A stretch of 64,000 nucleotides of DNA from the human T2T-CHM13v2.0 reference genome, Homo sapiens (GCF_009914755.1 NC_060930.1), one strand, 5' to 3'; positions 43,195-60,793 are shown, numbered from the stretch's first letter. Numbers and translations are program-made. The notes: generated by a model from the sequence alone, not told the origin.

Positions 43195-46100
43195 CAGATT
43201 CTAATTAATATCCCGTAACTGAAATTAAGACTGCAAAAGATAGCTTTAACAGCAGATTAACTGAAAAAAGATTTATTAATCTGGAAAACAAATCAGTAGA
43301 AAATGTCACTTGAAGCATTGAGAGAAAATAAGATGAATATGTATTTAACAAAAAAGAAAAAGACATTTGGGGCATAATGAAAAGTTTAAAATATAAATCA
43401 TCAGAGTCCAAAATGAGAGAAAAGAGAAAATAGGGAGAAATAATTTTGATTATTGGCCAAGAATTTTCTCAATCATGCAAAAATTATCATGACATATATT
43501 CAAGAATCTTTATGAATCCCAAGGAGGATTAACACAAAGGAAAACTTATTGAGGCATATCGTGATAAGACTACTGAAAACCAGAGACAGAGAAGACCTTA
43601 AAGGCAACCAGATAAAAAAAAATGCATGACTTTTAAAGAAACAAAATAATAAAAATAAAGGATTCCAGAAAAACAATGTAATGACATATATGACGTGCTG
43701 AAAGAAAAGAATTGCAATCTAAATTTACCCAATTAAAATAATCTTATAGGGAACACATCTCCATCTCCTTTTCCTGACAAAAAAAGACAAAGATATTATG
43801 AATCATCTGTAATGAATACTGGAAGTGTCCCTCTGGCTGGGCTGAATTCCCTTTCTTGCATGTTTCCGATTGGCATGGACAGTCAGGGAGAGATGTGGGA
43901 GGTTTGGAAGAGAAGCCACAGCCTTGGCGGCTGACACACGTTGTTGCTGTCACACTGATTCACCTTGTTGGTGTGAAGCAGCAGCTGGGCCTGCAATTGC
44001 TCTACATTCTCCTGGATCCTCCTTCATCTTCCCTGACTCATGGGCCAGGTACGTGTTTAGCTTTGTAATGAAGGGCACAGGCTTCTGCAGGATACCCTTG
44101 TCACCAAGGTCAGAGGCAACAAGACAAATGTTTCAGTTCTTCCTTATGGATTTCCAGCTTGTGCTTTTGAGTTCCAGCCTTCCAGAGTCTTCCCTGCCTG
44201 ACTGCCTGCATCGTGGACTTCCCACTCCAGCATCACACATGGAGACAACGGCCTCACAGAGACTGTTCAACCAGCTCCCACAATTGCACAGTCCAATTCT
44301 CTGAAAGCTCAGAAACAGACCCACACATACACAGTCTCTTCCGTGGTGAGCAGGTATATGCAACCTACCCCAAAGGCCAAGGGAGCTGAAAGGCTGAAGG
44401 AAGAGGCTGACAAAACCAGTTTCTCAGAAAGAAAATATTGATTTTTTTTCTTCTGTTTTGAGATGTATTGATCAGAGAAGAAAAAAGAAAATATTTAATA
44501 GGGACTTAAAAACAGAAACCATGTTTCTGGTGGCTGTAAGACAGTGAATCCCTGCATCCACCCTCTAGAAAGTATCCTTTCTATAGGAAGCTTTTGTGGT
44601 AAGACATACAGCTGCTCATATCTCAGACTTTCTTGCTGAAACTTGTGACTACTGGAGAGGTCAGAGAAGCAGCTTTATGAGGGGTTGTCTGTGCTATGAG
44701 CATTGTTTAAAGACCTTGCTGCAGAACACCTTGGTATGCAAGAGTCAAACATTGGTCATCATGGTAATTTTGCATCAAGATGGATCACTCTTTCATGCAA
44801 CAGGCTGGTTTCCTATATAGTCCTTAATCTTTTATGGTGATGCTGCAGTGTAATGGGGGAGAAAATGGTCTTTTCAATAAACAATGCTGGGCCAATTGGA
44901 AATCCATATGGAAAAAAAATTCATCTTGATTGCTAACTCACACGATACACAAAATACAACTGTAGAAGGATGGTAGATGTAATCAAGAAAGATAAAATAA
45001 TAAAGTTTCTAGATTTTAGAATATAACAAAGAAGAATATCTTCATTACCAGGGTGTAGGAAAAGATTTCTTAGATATGATATGAAAAGCACTAATCATAA
45101 GGCCTAATAAATTGAATTTCAGTGTTTCGAGGAATTGATAACTTGAATTTCATTAAAATTAAGAACTTGTTAATCAGAAGACACCATCAAGAGAGTAAAA
45201 AGGCAATCAGAGGATGGGAGAAGATATTTGCAATACATGTATCTGACAAGAAAACTATATCCAGCACCTATACAGAATTCATAAAAATTAATAAGAAAAC
45301 ATAAACAAGTGTGGGAGGGGGGTGAGGGATGAAAGACTACACATTGGGTACCATGTACACTGCTTGGGTGATGGGAGCACCAAAATCTCAGAAATCACCA
45401 TTGCAGAACTTAGCCATGTAATGAAAAGCCACCTGTTCCCCCAAAACATATTGAAATAAAAAAAAATAAACCAAATATTCATACAAATCAACAAGAAAAA
45501 TTGAGAAGCTCAATCAAAGCCAAAAAACAGGTACTTTGTAAAAAAGGATACCCCAATGGAAAATAAGCATATAAATGGATACTAATCGCCAAAATATTGA
45601 ACCTTAACCAAAACATCTTAACTTAAACACACTTTGTATAAGAATTAACTCAAAATGAATCATCTATCTAGATGTAAAACATATTATATTACTATAAAAC
45701 TTTCAGAAGAAAACACAGAAACAAATCTTCACAAACTGGGGATAGGCAGAGTTCTTAGAGATGATTCCAAAAGCAGGAGCCAAAAGAGAAAATAAGGAAT
45801 AAACTTCTTGTAAGTCTATCTTTATTTCCAAATAAAAAGTTTAAAAATAAGCATATGAAAAGAGAATAATTATAACCATCAAGGAAATACAAATTAAACC
45901 ACAATGTGCTACCACTACACAGCCACCAGAATGGCTAATACCAAAAAGACTGACACTATTAAGTATTGCTGAGAAGATATGGAAACAAACTTGCATTCAC
46001 TTCTGCTGGGAGTATAAATTGGTGCAATCACTTTGAAAAACTATTGAATCTATTAAAATTGAACATATGGTTACCAATGACTTAGCAATTCCAATCCCAA

Positions 46101-47015
46101 ATATATACATATGTGCATCAAAATACAATAATGTTCACAACAGCACTATTCATAATAGCCTCAAACTGGAAATACCCAAATGCCCATCAACATTAGAATG
46201 GGTAAATACATTGGGAAATATTCATATTGTCAACCTCCTCACAAAGACCACCAGAAAAACCTGTTGACCAAGCAAAGCTTACACAGTCTTAGTGTCTCTA
46301 AAAAGAGAAATCACAGAGGAATATATACAGGGTTTGGGATTCTGGATTCATGAGGTTAAGGCAGGTGTTTCAAGGTGGGGAATTGATAGGAATGTGTGAA
46401 GTTCATGACACAGTATTTTAGGACTGGTGGACACAGTAAGGTGACAGTCTGGAGATGAGTTTTATGAAGAGCAAACTATTGTCCTGATTAAGTGAGCTGT
46501 TTACCTCAGTAAGCAAACTGATTGTATAAATTGGTTTGCAGAATTTGCTGATACAAACAGTATAGTACTTTATTGTTCTGCAATCACATTTTTCCTGGCA
46601 AGAATTTCTTGGGGAATAAAAGCAATAATATTGACACAGGTGGTCTCAGCTCTCAGTCCCATAGTTAAGTTCGGGCTGATGCAGGTACCCTTGATTCTTA
46701 ATACTATGGAATATTAGACATCAATGGGAATGAATAATGAACTAATAAATGCATCAGTATGAAGAATTGTAAAGCCTAAAATTAAAAAAGAACTAGTATG
46801 TGGTGATAGAAATAAAAAAGTCAGTTCCCAGGGGAGGGAATGGATAGTGAGTGGGAGGAGACATAAGGGATTCTAGGATGCTGGTGATATTCCAGTTCTT
46901 ATTTTGGATGTTGGTTACCTGAGTATGTTCACTTGTGAAAATCCATCAAGCAGTAGACTTAGAATTTGTATGCTTTTCTATTCATATGTTATACTTCAAT
47001 TAAACAAAAAGTTTA
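43195..47015 (+). mobile_element. Fragments of an ancient L1M (also about 32900-33500 and 35713-35846), interrupted by LTR fragments (about 43780-44820, 46230-46700) and a short L1PB-type 3' end (45307-45468)
   Basis: A-rich degenerate ORF1/ORF2/3'UTR-like sequence (ggtcttttcaataaa..tgctgg, atatttgcaatacatgtatctgacaag, tatacttcaattaaa). Confidence 0.6.
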
Positions 47016-47036
47016 CTTAAAAACTGGAGGTGGTCG

Positions 47037-47334
47037 GGCCGGGTGCAGTGGCTCACACCTGTAATCCCAGCACTTTGGGAGGCTGAGGTGGATGGATCAC
47101 GAGGTCAAGAGTTCAAGACCAGCCTGGCCAAGATGGTGAAACCCCGTCTCTACTAAAAATACAAAAATTAGCCAGGCATGTTGGCAGGCACCTGTAATCC
47201 CAGTTACTCAGGAGGTTGAGGCAAAGAATTGCTTGAACTCGCGAGGCGGAGGTTGCAGTGAGCCGAGATGACACCACTGCACTCTAGCCTGGGCAACAGA
47301 GTGAGACTCTGTCTACAAAAAAAAAACAAAAAAA
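47037..47334 (+). mobile_element. AluSg-like
   Basis: Alu consensus; 16-bp TSD AAAACTGGAGGTGGTC. Confidence 0.95.
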
Positions 47335-48567
47335 AAAACTGGAGGTGGTCAAGGCAAAGCTCTAAGTTTAGCACCAGTTTATGCCTTAAGTATGTTGTTG
47401 AAAATAAATGCAACAACAGTATTAAAGAACATTTTAACAAAAGAAGAGAATCTCTCACAAGTATACAAGCCAATTATCCCTTTTGCCTTGATTCACCCAG
47501 TTTCCGTTATTACATACCTGCTGCCACTTTGCCTTATTTTATCAGACATTCATGGGGAAATGGCAGAACACTCTTTACCCGCCTCCCTATTCAAATTGTA
47601 TTGATCAAAGCTCTACTTTCTTCAGGAAGAAAACGTGTAATATATGATGTTTATGAGCCATGGCTGAAAGAGACAGGGCATTCCTAGTTGCTTGGAATGA
47701 GTGGTAGAGGTTTAGTGATCTGAAACAGAAATAAGGTGAGCATCTTGTTCAGATTAGAAAAACCCAAAAGTCCTGTTACCATGTGAGACTGTCCTCTCCT
47801 GGAGATTTCAGTCTTTTCACTGTGCATTTTAAACAACTTCTATCATTAATCAAGAAAAGCACTTAGCTTGTCACTGGGTTATCTTAATTTGGCACATTCA
47901 CAGCTCTGCTGTGAATAAAACAATGACTGTAATCTACAAATAATCCTGCCTGTGTGTCATCTATTGTATAACAACTTCTAAATGATTTGAGGAAAACCTC
48001 ACAAGTTTTCAAATGTATCAAGGAACAGGAGAAGAAAGGGGATAAAAAGATAGACAAAAATAAAAGAGAAGGAATTCTTCCTACTACTTATTGAACTTAA
48101 GACTTTTCAGTTTTATTTGAGGCATTATGGGACACCCTTTTAGGACTATTACAGTAAAGGACTTTATTATAGCTAATGCATGTAAGTAACTCAATTATTT
48201 GCTTTATGCCCTAAAAGGATGGAGTTAAAAATAGAGTTTTAATCTTCCCAAAATCTCTGTATTTCTTGTAAGTCTTGTGAAGTACCTTCTCAGGATAAAT
48301 GTCACTGTATTCAAATAAAATTGCCCCATTCCTAATCCATAAAGATTTATTATTAATTCCAATCATATTCAAATCTCAACCATCTGAAATGGTTGTTATG
48401 TCTGTTGTGTTGGAGGCTTCACTAGGTCAGAAATTTAAATCTTCAGAGAATTCTTTTGAGTTAAAATATCACACGTCTCTCTCCCCAAAGTAGAAACTAT
48501 GTAATAAAAAGCAATTATGACTTATTTGGCAAATGGAAAAGGAAAGAAATCACCTTATCATGTAGGT

Positions 48568-48746
48568 CAGCGTTTCTGAAAGTGGGGTTTGAGGAGCAGC
48601 AGCAGCACCTCAGAACTTTTTAAAAACGGAAATTCCCAGGCCCACTCCAGACTACAGAATCAGAGGCTCTGAGAATGGGATCTTGTAATCTGTGTTTTAA
48701 CAAGATCCTCCAGGTGATTCTAATGCATGCTCAAGTTTGAGAACTC
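48568..48746. mobile_element. MER5A-like hAT MITE
   Basis: cagcgtttctgaaagtg...aatctgtgttttaacaag..ccaggtgattctaatgc..aagtttgagaac. Confidence 0.75.
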
Positions 48747-50314
48747 CTCATGCAGGATAATGCTGAGGGGATGTGGATGTTTTGGACCAATTGACAAGTC
48801 TTCAGAAGCACTAAGAAATCTTGTGAGTTCATCTGTTAAGCTCTGGGACATCTCCCCTAAATAGCTATACATTTCATAAGGTACTGCTTTTTATATCTAC
48901 ATTAAAGTTGTTTTATTTCACAGGCACTGTATGGTAAGCAGCAATTTCTAGTACAACCTAAATGTTTCCATGCTTTTCTAGTATCTGGGTAAATATAAGG
49001 CCATTAGAACATTGATACTGGCATTTCACTGACTTATTTGCTTCTCCCTGGAAACTTTAGGACCTTAGCCCTCCCTACCCAAGGGTGTGGCTAGTTACAA
49101 AAGATCTGCAACAAAGCCTCACACGGGCCCCTCTCTATCTCAGAGGGCTCCCCTTTTTTCCCTCCTTTCTGGGAAGTAGGTTTGGGCAAGGGTAGAAAAG
49201 TAAGAAGAAGGGTGAGTTTAGGGGTTTCTTTGTGTTTTTATTTCAGTTATGGGATGAAGTTTATGAAGAAATAAGAGACCTGTGCCTCAGCACCTTGAGA
49301 CAAGTTGTTTCTGTAACCCTGGGTGCTGTGGGAAGAAGCTACGGAATTTTTTAGGACATGGATAGAGGCTGTAGGCCCATCCTGACCAGTTCCACTCTCT
49401 TCCACTTAGCCCTCTTTGACTTTATCTCACTCCCACCTTCATTCTGGGCAAGTGGCCCCTCAGGGTCTATGGATTCAAAGCAATGCATTGGTTACTTCAC
49501 TTCACCATGGCACCCCACCTCCTTACTTAACATCTCCCTAGTCTACTCAACATTCTTTCAATTAATATTTCTGGAACTCTTTAATATATCTGGGAATCCA
49601 GCTGCAAGCAAAACTTAACGCATTTAGGAATGGAGCTTGCATGGAGCTCCATGGAACTTTCCTGGGGCATCCACGCCTTCACAGAACTGACATTCTAATG
49701 GAGAAGAGAAACAATAAAGAAATAAATCATATGATGTCAGGAAATAATAAACTTTTTTTAGGTAACTCAGGAATCTCTCTTGTGCACTCAGAGACGATAG
49801 CTCTCTCATGTGTACTCAGAGCAAAGATAGGCCCAGCTATCTTTCCACTCTGGCCCCCTCATTTAATTAGCCACCATTGGAAGAAAGCATCTCTTTTCCA
49901 CAAAAATGTGGCAAAAGCACCACTCAGTGGAAAAGAGTTGTTTTCTGGATGCTGCTTTTCAGGAGCATATTCCCCGCCGACCCCTTGTGTGAAGTGGGCG
50001 TCTGCTGATTTCATCTTCCTAGCATCTGTTTCCCAACCCAACTGGTGGGGAACTGCACCTCCACAATTATGATAATGTGACCTTAACCCTGGCCTGTCCA
50101 GCAATGATATCTTTCCTCCTGTCCAAAGCGATTTGTCCTGAAAAAGGGCACAAACCCAAACAAGGCCAAAAGAGTTGTTCCATGAGATTTGATATATGGG
50201 TGATAGGGAAGGCTTCCTTTCCACTTGGATGTATTTTAACAGGATAGAAACCTGGAGCTGCCAGCAGGGATGTGCCCAATATATGAAATGAGTGTATTTA
50301 AGAAGCAGAATAGA

Positions 50315-50636
<322 letters not shown>

Positions 50637-51877
50637 ACAGAATGGAGACATGAGACAAGACATTCCTGTTGACATGTTTGGATGTCCCATATCTCACTGC
50701 TGAAATCTGTTCCCTCCATAGACTTCCCATTACATATGGTAACATAACTCCTTTTGAACTTGAGTTAGTTTCAGTCAAGTTTCTGTCATTTGCAACTGAA
50801 ATAACAGGTGTGTGCTGAGTCTTCAAGACCCTATATTCAACAAATTCTCTCTTCAGCTTCTTCCTGATCACCATCCCTTTAGGGGATCAGATTTGTTTTC
50901 AGTTGGCCAAGGAACAAGAAAACTTGCTGTTCTCAATTTCTTCTGTATACATGAGCTGATGCGCAAATATCTTCCCTCCCACTTAAGCAAGAAGGAAATG
51001 ATCGCCTTTCCTATCAACTCTTATGCTAGTCACTAGATATTTTGAATGGGTGGGGGTAGAAGTTGCTGGATCCATGTGCCCAATCTCTGCAAGAGCTCAG
51101 GATTGTCCTGCTCTAGTCCCCTCCTCATAAAATTATTTCTGTTTCTTAGCCTTTTCTTTTTCTTGCATAGCTCCAGTTCTTCTCCAAAAGTCAGCTCCCA
51201 GAGAATACAATTCCTACACACCAAGCAGGGCTGAGCTATGGGAGTGATGCCTCCCCTGATTATCCTTGTGAAGGATAAGTAGGAGTGAGGCAAAGGGCAG
51301 GTGTAGGAAAGAGTGTTCCATCAGGAAGTGTGAAGACAAACAGTGACATGATTAGATGTATATTTTAGAAAGGAGGACAACAGCTTGTAGGGGAGCTTGG
51401 CTGGTGGCAAAGCCACTGGGGCATTAATCTTCTTAATCATCTTGACTCCTTTGGCTTTCAAAACACTCCACTTTTGATCTTCCTCACTCTGTTTTGACCA
51501 TTTCTTCTCAAACCCTTTTGTGGTCTCCTGCTGTACTCATTCCCTAAACGTGGATGCATCTGAGCCTTCCTGGACTGGCCCCATCTGTTTCTCCAGTGTC
51601 ATTTCTCTCATGTTCCATTTTATTATCCATTCTTTAGCAATAAGAAACACACCGCACCACACTATATGGCTTCATGCTTTGAGGTTTGTGTTCATTCTGT
51701 CTCCTCTGACCTGAAACATCCTTTCTAACTTCTTTGCCTTGCTTATCACTTTGATTGTGATTCTGGGCTCAGTCATCAGCCACATACCATCCTCTGTGTT
51801 ATATCCAGGCCAAACAACATATAATTCTCTGTGCTTCCATAGAATCTTGTGCAAATCACTTTATATTGAAAGTATCT

Positions 51878-52539
<662 letters not shown>

Positions 52540-53144
52540 TCCCTCACTAATCTTTAAGAGTTTTAAGGGCAAAGATTATGTCTTAATCATCTTTGAATTC
52601 CTGGTGCCCAGGAAAGCATGTGGCACACTGAATGCACCAAAAATTTTCCTGCTAACCTGAGCCTAACTACACTGATAATAAACTTATGCTTTTTTTCAAA
52701 AGAAGAACAGTTAGAATTAAAATGTTTTCATCTCATATCACTTTTAAGGTACTTTAAGACTTTAAATAATATAGAATAAATTATTATTATTTCTAATATT
52801 TCAAAATGTGAGAGAAGTAAATACAAAATGACCTGACATGAAAAGTATTAAAAACAGTTCTGCTAAAATTATATGGAAGAAAAAGAGTAATGAATTGTGA
52901 TCCTCTAATAATATCAGTTCCCCATTCTATTTTTTTTTTTTTTTTACTAATTTATATATCACACCATTTGATAGATTTCATTTTCTTCCCAGGTCAGACA
53001 TTCCTGTGATGCCAGACAGCTATACAGTTTTCAAAAATAGCAAGATGTTTGTCCTTCTTACAAGCACCACTAGAAAACAGACTGCTCCTTAAGCTATCAG
53101 GCAAATACTCTTTGATCCCAGGGAATTTACAATGGAGGGCATAT

Positions 53145-53556
53145 TATCAGTTTCTATTGGCACCATAATTCTGCACAACAACGAACTGAACCTCAATGTG
53201 GCAAACAAAAATACACATATTTAAGTTCATGAATCTGCAGAGTTCAGCTGATCTGGGCAGGCTTGACTGACCTCACTCAAGGCTTGCACACCTGTCTGGT
53301 CAATCTAGAGTGGCTTCAGTTGGAATGACTAGGATGACTTGGCTTTGCTCTGTATGTTTTTCATCTCCAGCAGGCTAGCTGGAGTATGTTTACCAGTTCA
53401 GGTGTTTTTCCAGCTTATTTTGTGTGACATTTGCTAATATCATATTAGCAAAAATAAATCACAAGGGTGACCCCCCAGAGTCAGAGTGGGAGAGCATGGA
53501 TAAAGGTGGGGACACAGGGAGGGGTGAAGAATTAGGAAGATTTTTTCAAATTACCA
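53145..53556. mobile_element. MaLR (MLT1-like) LTR
   Basis: tattatcagtttctattgg..cata.., gttcatgaatctgcag, gctaatatcatattagcaaaa.. motifs. Confidence 0.55.
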
Positions 53557-54479
53557 AAACGTGTAATTTTTTCATTTGTCAGCTAATAATTCATTCAAGG
53601 GAGTCAGATATCCTTGGCTCACATTGATCATATCAACTACTTTGGCTTGGCTTTCTGGTAGGAAAAGAAATAAGTGCCAGCATTTATGTTATTATTTTTT
53701 AAAAAAAGACCTGCCTTTGACAAAATACCAGTAATGTATGATTTTTATTAAATATTGTCAACCAACTATTCTTGCCTGAATTTTAAAAAGCGCTAGTGGC
53801 ATCAGTGGTCCCTTGAGAAGGCTCCCAGACCACCAGTGTTGTTCCCAGAGCACACTTTGGGAACCCCAGATTAAAATAGATATCATTGGTCCCTTTGAAT
53901 GTGTTTTCATACAGATTAATCTTTGCTTTATGCAATCCCATCAAATACAAAATCTCCTGGAAATATTATTAAATATTGATGGCCCTGCTCAAAATGAAGA
54001 TTACAAAAGCCGAATCAGATTGGCATCACTCTTCAAAGTAATTTCTTAAAAGCAGCATAAAATGGAATGAATTATAAACAAAAATGACTAAACACGTCCT
54101 ATCATTCACATTGTATTCATATCCATGAAATGGGCAAGGCCTTCAGGCTTTTCTCTGTTATCTTTACCTACAGCTTGTGCTCTTTTCTTACACATGCTTA
54201 TGTTTCTTGTATTCTTTCATCTGATCACTTTCTATTGATCATGACAGTAAAAGTACTTTGTTTCCATAGTGATATTTGACATGTTACAGATCACTGAGAA
54301 CCCTAAGGGATAAGAAAAAAGTTTGGGTCTGCTTAGGATGCAACATAATAATATTTTATAGCCTTCCAATTGTTTTTAGCTACTGCAGTAACAGCTTTTT
54401 AATTGAAATTTAACTTATTTTGTCAGAAGATTGCCTTGTAATACCAGTTGTCAATGAACTTTTAAAAATTAAACCTCAA

Positions 54480-55124
54480 GCCAGGTATATACCTAAAAGA
54501 AAGGAAATCAACACATCAAAAAGATATCTGCTCTCCCATGTTTACTGCAGCACTATTCACAATAACCCAATTTAGATGCAATCTAAGTGTCCATCGACAG
54601 ATAAATGGATAAAGAAAATGTGGTACATATACACAACAGAGTACTATTCAGCCATAAAAAACAATTTGCAACAACATAGATGGAACCGGAGGACATTATT
54701 TTCAGTGAAATAAGCCAGGCACAGGAAGACAAACTTTGCATGTTCTCACTTATTTGTGGGAGATACAAATTAAAACAAAAGAACTCATGAAAATAGAGTA
54801 GAATGATGGTTACCAGAGGCTGGGAAGGGTAGTGGGGATGGGGGGAGTGGGAAATGGGGATTTTTAGCAGGTACAAAAGTATAGTCAGATAAAATGAATA
54901 AGATCTAGTATTTGATAGCACAACACGGTGACTACAGTCAGCAATAGTTGATTGTACATTTAAAAATAACTAAGGGTATAATTGGAATGTTTGTAACATA
55001 AATGATAAATCCTCGATGTGGTGGATACCCCATTTACCCTGATGTGATTATTATTCATTGTATGCTTGTACCAAAATATCTCATGTACCCCATAAATACA
55101 TACACATAAATATTAAAAATTTTT
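54480..55124 (+). mobile_element. L1MA-type 3' end, 5'-truncated
   Basis: L1 3'UTR; 16-bp TSD AAAAATTAAACCTCAA at 54464 and 55125. Confidence 0.85.
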
Positions 55125-55704
55125 AAAAATTAAACCTCAAATCAAATGTGAAGTTAATTTGGCTTGGGAGAAAAAGTTTTAAATTCGAAACATATTTACC
55201 AAAGCTTTACATAAACCCATGCCAAAATATTGGTACCTTCTATTCCAACTATTCTGTTCATTTTAATATAACTTGTGTAAACCAGAAAGTCTATGAGATA
55301 GGTCTCAATCAATTTAGAGGTTTATTTCACCAATGTTAAGGACCATGGCCTGTGACACAGCCTCAGGCAGTCCTGAGAACATGTGCCCAAGGTGGTCGGG
55401 CTACAGCTTGATTTTATACATTTTAGAGAAATGGAAGTTACAGGCAAAGACATGTATCAATACATGTAAGGTATACATTGGTTTGGCCCATCTCAAAGCA
55501 GCGTGGGGGTGGGCTTCCAGGTCAAAGATGAATTCAAAGATTTTTCACATTTTCAATTAGTTGAAAGAGTTAAGCTCTGCCTGAAGATGTGAAGCCAGCT
55601 GGAGTTAAGGTAAGCGGGGGTGTTGTGGCAGCCAAGGTTCTCCTTATGTAGATAAAGCCTCCGGGTAGCTGGCTTCAAAGAATAGATGTGAATGTCTCTT
55701 ATCA

Positions 55705-56127
<423 letters not shown>

Positions 56128-56472
56128 TCAAAATAGTCAAATAAATATATTTTGGGGTAACATATTTTTATTTCTTTCAGGTCCCACTATGTGTCACGTG
56201 ATGTTATTCCAGAGTCAGGTTGGAATTTTCTTATTGCTACAGTATATTTTACCAGTCTTACGATCTCCGTTTTAATGTTAATGCTGGTCAGTTGTGTCTA
56301 ACCTCCAACGGGAGGAAGGTATAATGAGGCATATCCAACCGCCCACCCCTTCCCATCAGGGCCTGAACTCATTTTTCAGGGTTTTTTTGAGATTACCTTG
56401 GCCAAGACAGAGGTCCATTCCTTTCAGGGGTGGGTTGGTGATGGTGGTGCTTAGAATTTTATTTTTGGTTTT

Positions 56473-56853
56473 TGTATTAGTCTCTTCTCACACTGCTAGA
56501 AAGAACCACCTGAGGCTGGGTAACTTATAAAGAAAAGAGGTTTCATTAGCTCACAGTTCCACAGGCTGTACAGGAGGTATGGCTCCAGAGGCCTCAGGAA
56601 ACTTACAATCATGGTGGAAGAGGAAACAAGCACGTCTTACCGTGGTGCAGGAGAGAGAGAGAAAGAGAGAGAGTGTGAAGGGGGAAGTGCTACACTCTTA
56701 TAAACAAACATCTTCTGAGAACTCCATCATGGGAATGGCAAGGGGGAAGTCGGCCCCATGATTCAGTGACCTCTCACCAGGCCCCTCCTTCAACACAAGG
56801 GGGCTATTATTCCATATGAGATTTGGGTGGGGACACAGAGCCAAACCACATCA
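56473..56853. mobile_element. MSTA/B solo LTR (ERVL-MaLR)
   Basis: TGTATTAGTC...CCAAACCACATCA with TG..CA ends and 5-bp TSD GTTTT. Confidence 0.88.
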
Positions 56854-57224
56854 GTTTTCACGTGTATCCCAACAAACTTAAACATCAGCAAAGTATGTGC
56901 AAACCAGCATCCCTATATCTATTCTTGTCTCAACTGCACCTGCATACATCCTGCATCTTGGACTCTCAAGGCCCTAACGTAATGGCAGAGTATTAACTCT
57001 ACACTTAAATGACTGTTCCCCTAAAGTAGGGGTAGGAAGAAATCAGATCTAGCTTTCTTTCCCAAATCAGAATGCTTTCCACTTTCATGAAATAAACATA
57101 CTTCTAGGAGATGTCTCCTTTTATTTATACAAACATACACACCGAACTGGAACGTAATTTGAAGTTGGGAGGTGGAAAACTAAAGGTCAAAAAGGGAAGA
57201 AAGCAAAAACGTCCCTTGCACACT

Positions 57225-57700
57225 TCAGCCCGCAGACCCCAAGGAGGGGCGCGAGGTCCTCAGAACCGGAAAGGCTAGCACTGGATGGGTCCCCGCAGCC
57301 CCGCGCCGCTGCGCCGCAGCCTCCGGAAGACAGGGGACGCTGTGGCGCCGGGCCGGGCGCCCTCCGCCGCTCTCTCTAGCAGGCGGGGCGGCGAAGCGGG
57401 GCGGGGCGTCTCGGGCGAGGAGAAGAGGTGACCCCGCGAAAGGTAAGCGGCGGCTTCGGTGGTGTTGAGTGGCTGGGCGCCGGCCTGGAGGGGACAGGGC
57501 GGCCGCACCATCACGCTCCCGTCTCTGCCCTTCCCAGCTGCCCTGCCGGTCTCCCTCCCAGGGAGGGAGCGTCCTCTCGGATAGCCCAAATCTTTGCCTC
57601 TCCGTGGACTCCCTGTACCCGCACCCCAAGTCGGTGAAGCTCTCTGGCCCCACAGAGCCCATTTCCCGTACTCACCTTGCGGGCTCCAGTTTGTTCGGTG
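57225..57700. promoter_or_regulatory. CpG island promoter with GC boxes
   Basis: High GC and dense CpG against a CpG-poor background; GGGGCGGGGC Sp1 boxes about 57383-57407; palindrome GCTGCG-C-CGCAGC about 57308-57320. Confidence 0.9.
57400..57442 (+). other. SMIM8: Non-coding first exon of a plus-strand gene, probably SMIM8 (TSS approximate)
   Basis: Strong donor AAG|GTAAGC at 57443 just downstream of GC boxes; gene name from recalled synteny with GJB7, and no coding exon lies in the window. Confidence 0.55.
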
Positions 57701-57853
57701 CTTCATCCATGGACACCCCCACCCCGAGAACTCTCTCGTTTCCTGCAGTTTCTTAGTGTCTTGGCTCACCAGACTCATAGGGGAACATGGTGGTGTTTTG
57801 AGGAGACGCCGCTTTTCTTTTGTCATAGTGCGGACACTCGTGCTTTTTCAGCC
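57676..57853 (-). other. GJB7: Predicted non-coding 5' UTR exon of GJB7 (178 nt)
   Basis: Acceptor ttgtgttgcAG|G at 57855-54 and strong donor AAG|GTGAGT at 57675; same strand as GJB7; linkage to GJB7 is inferred. Confidence 0.6.
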
Positions 57854-58639
57854 CTGCAACACAATGTGTAGAACTTAACTGAATGAAGTTTTCTTTTGGA
57901 GGCTTCCAATGCGTCTGTCTTTGAGTAAGCCTTCGGCACCGAACAGTAGTCCATGACATTGGGGGAAGCCAGATGAGACTCAGATTGTCAGTACTCAGGC
58001 TGTCGCCAGCAAAGCCTTTCCCCTTTTTTCAGAGACAGTACTACATCCAAGAGGTGGAAAGATACTTTTGTTTTGTTTTATTTATTTATTTATTTGTTAT
58101 TATTATAAGTTTTAGGGTACATGTGCACAATGTGCAGGTTAGTTACATATGTATACATGTGCCATGCTGGTGCGATGCACCCACCAACTGGACATCTAAC
58201 ATTAGGTATATCTCCCAATGCTATCCCTCCCCCCTCCCCCCACCCCACAACAGACCTCAGAGTGTGATGTTCCCCTTCCTGTGTCCATGTGTTCCCATTG
58301 TTCAATTCCCACCTATGAGTGAGAATATGTGGTGTTTGCTTTTTTGTTCTTGCGATAGTTTACTGAGAATGATGATTTCCAATTTCATCCATGTCCCTAC
58401 AAAGGACATGAACTCATCATTTTTTATGGCTGCATAGTATTACATGGTGTATATGTGCCACATTTTCTTAATCCAGTCTATCATTGTTGGACATTTGGGT
58501 TGGTTCCAGGTCTTTGCTATTGTGAATAATGCCGCAATAAACATACGTGTGCTTGTGTCTTTACAGCAGCATGATTTATAGTCCTTTGGGTATATACCCA
58601 GTAATGGGATGGCTGGGTCAAATGGTATTTCTAGTTCTA

Positions 58640-59083
<444 letters not shown>

Positions 59084-59093
59084 TTAGATCCTA

Positions 59094-60289
<1,196 letters not shown>

Positions 60290-60292
60290 TTA

Positions 60293-60565
<273 letters not shown>

Positions 60566-60568
60566 TCA

Positions 60569-60676
<108 letters not shown>

Positions 60677-60679
60677 TTA

Positions 60680-60790
<111 letters not shown>

Positions 60791-60793
60791 CTA

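Noticed and set aside
57225-57878. Overlapping 145-183 aa ORFs as novel genes
   Set aside because: Expected in GC-rich, stop-poor CpG islands; no recognisable domains; they cross strong splice donors
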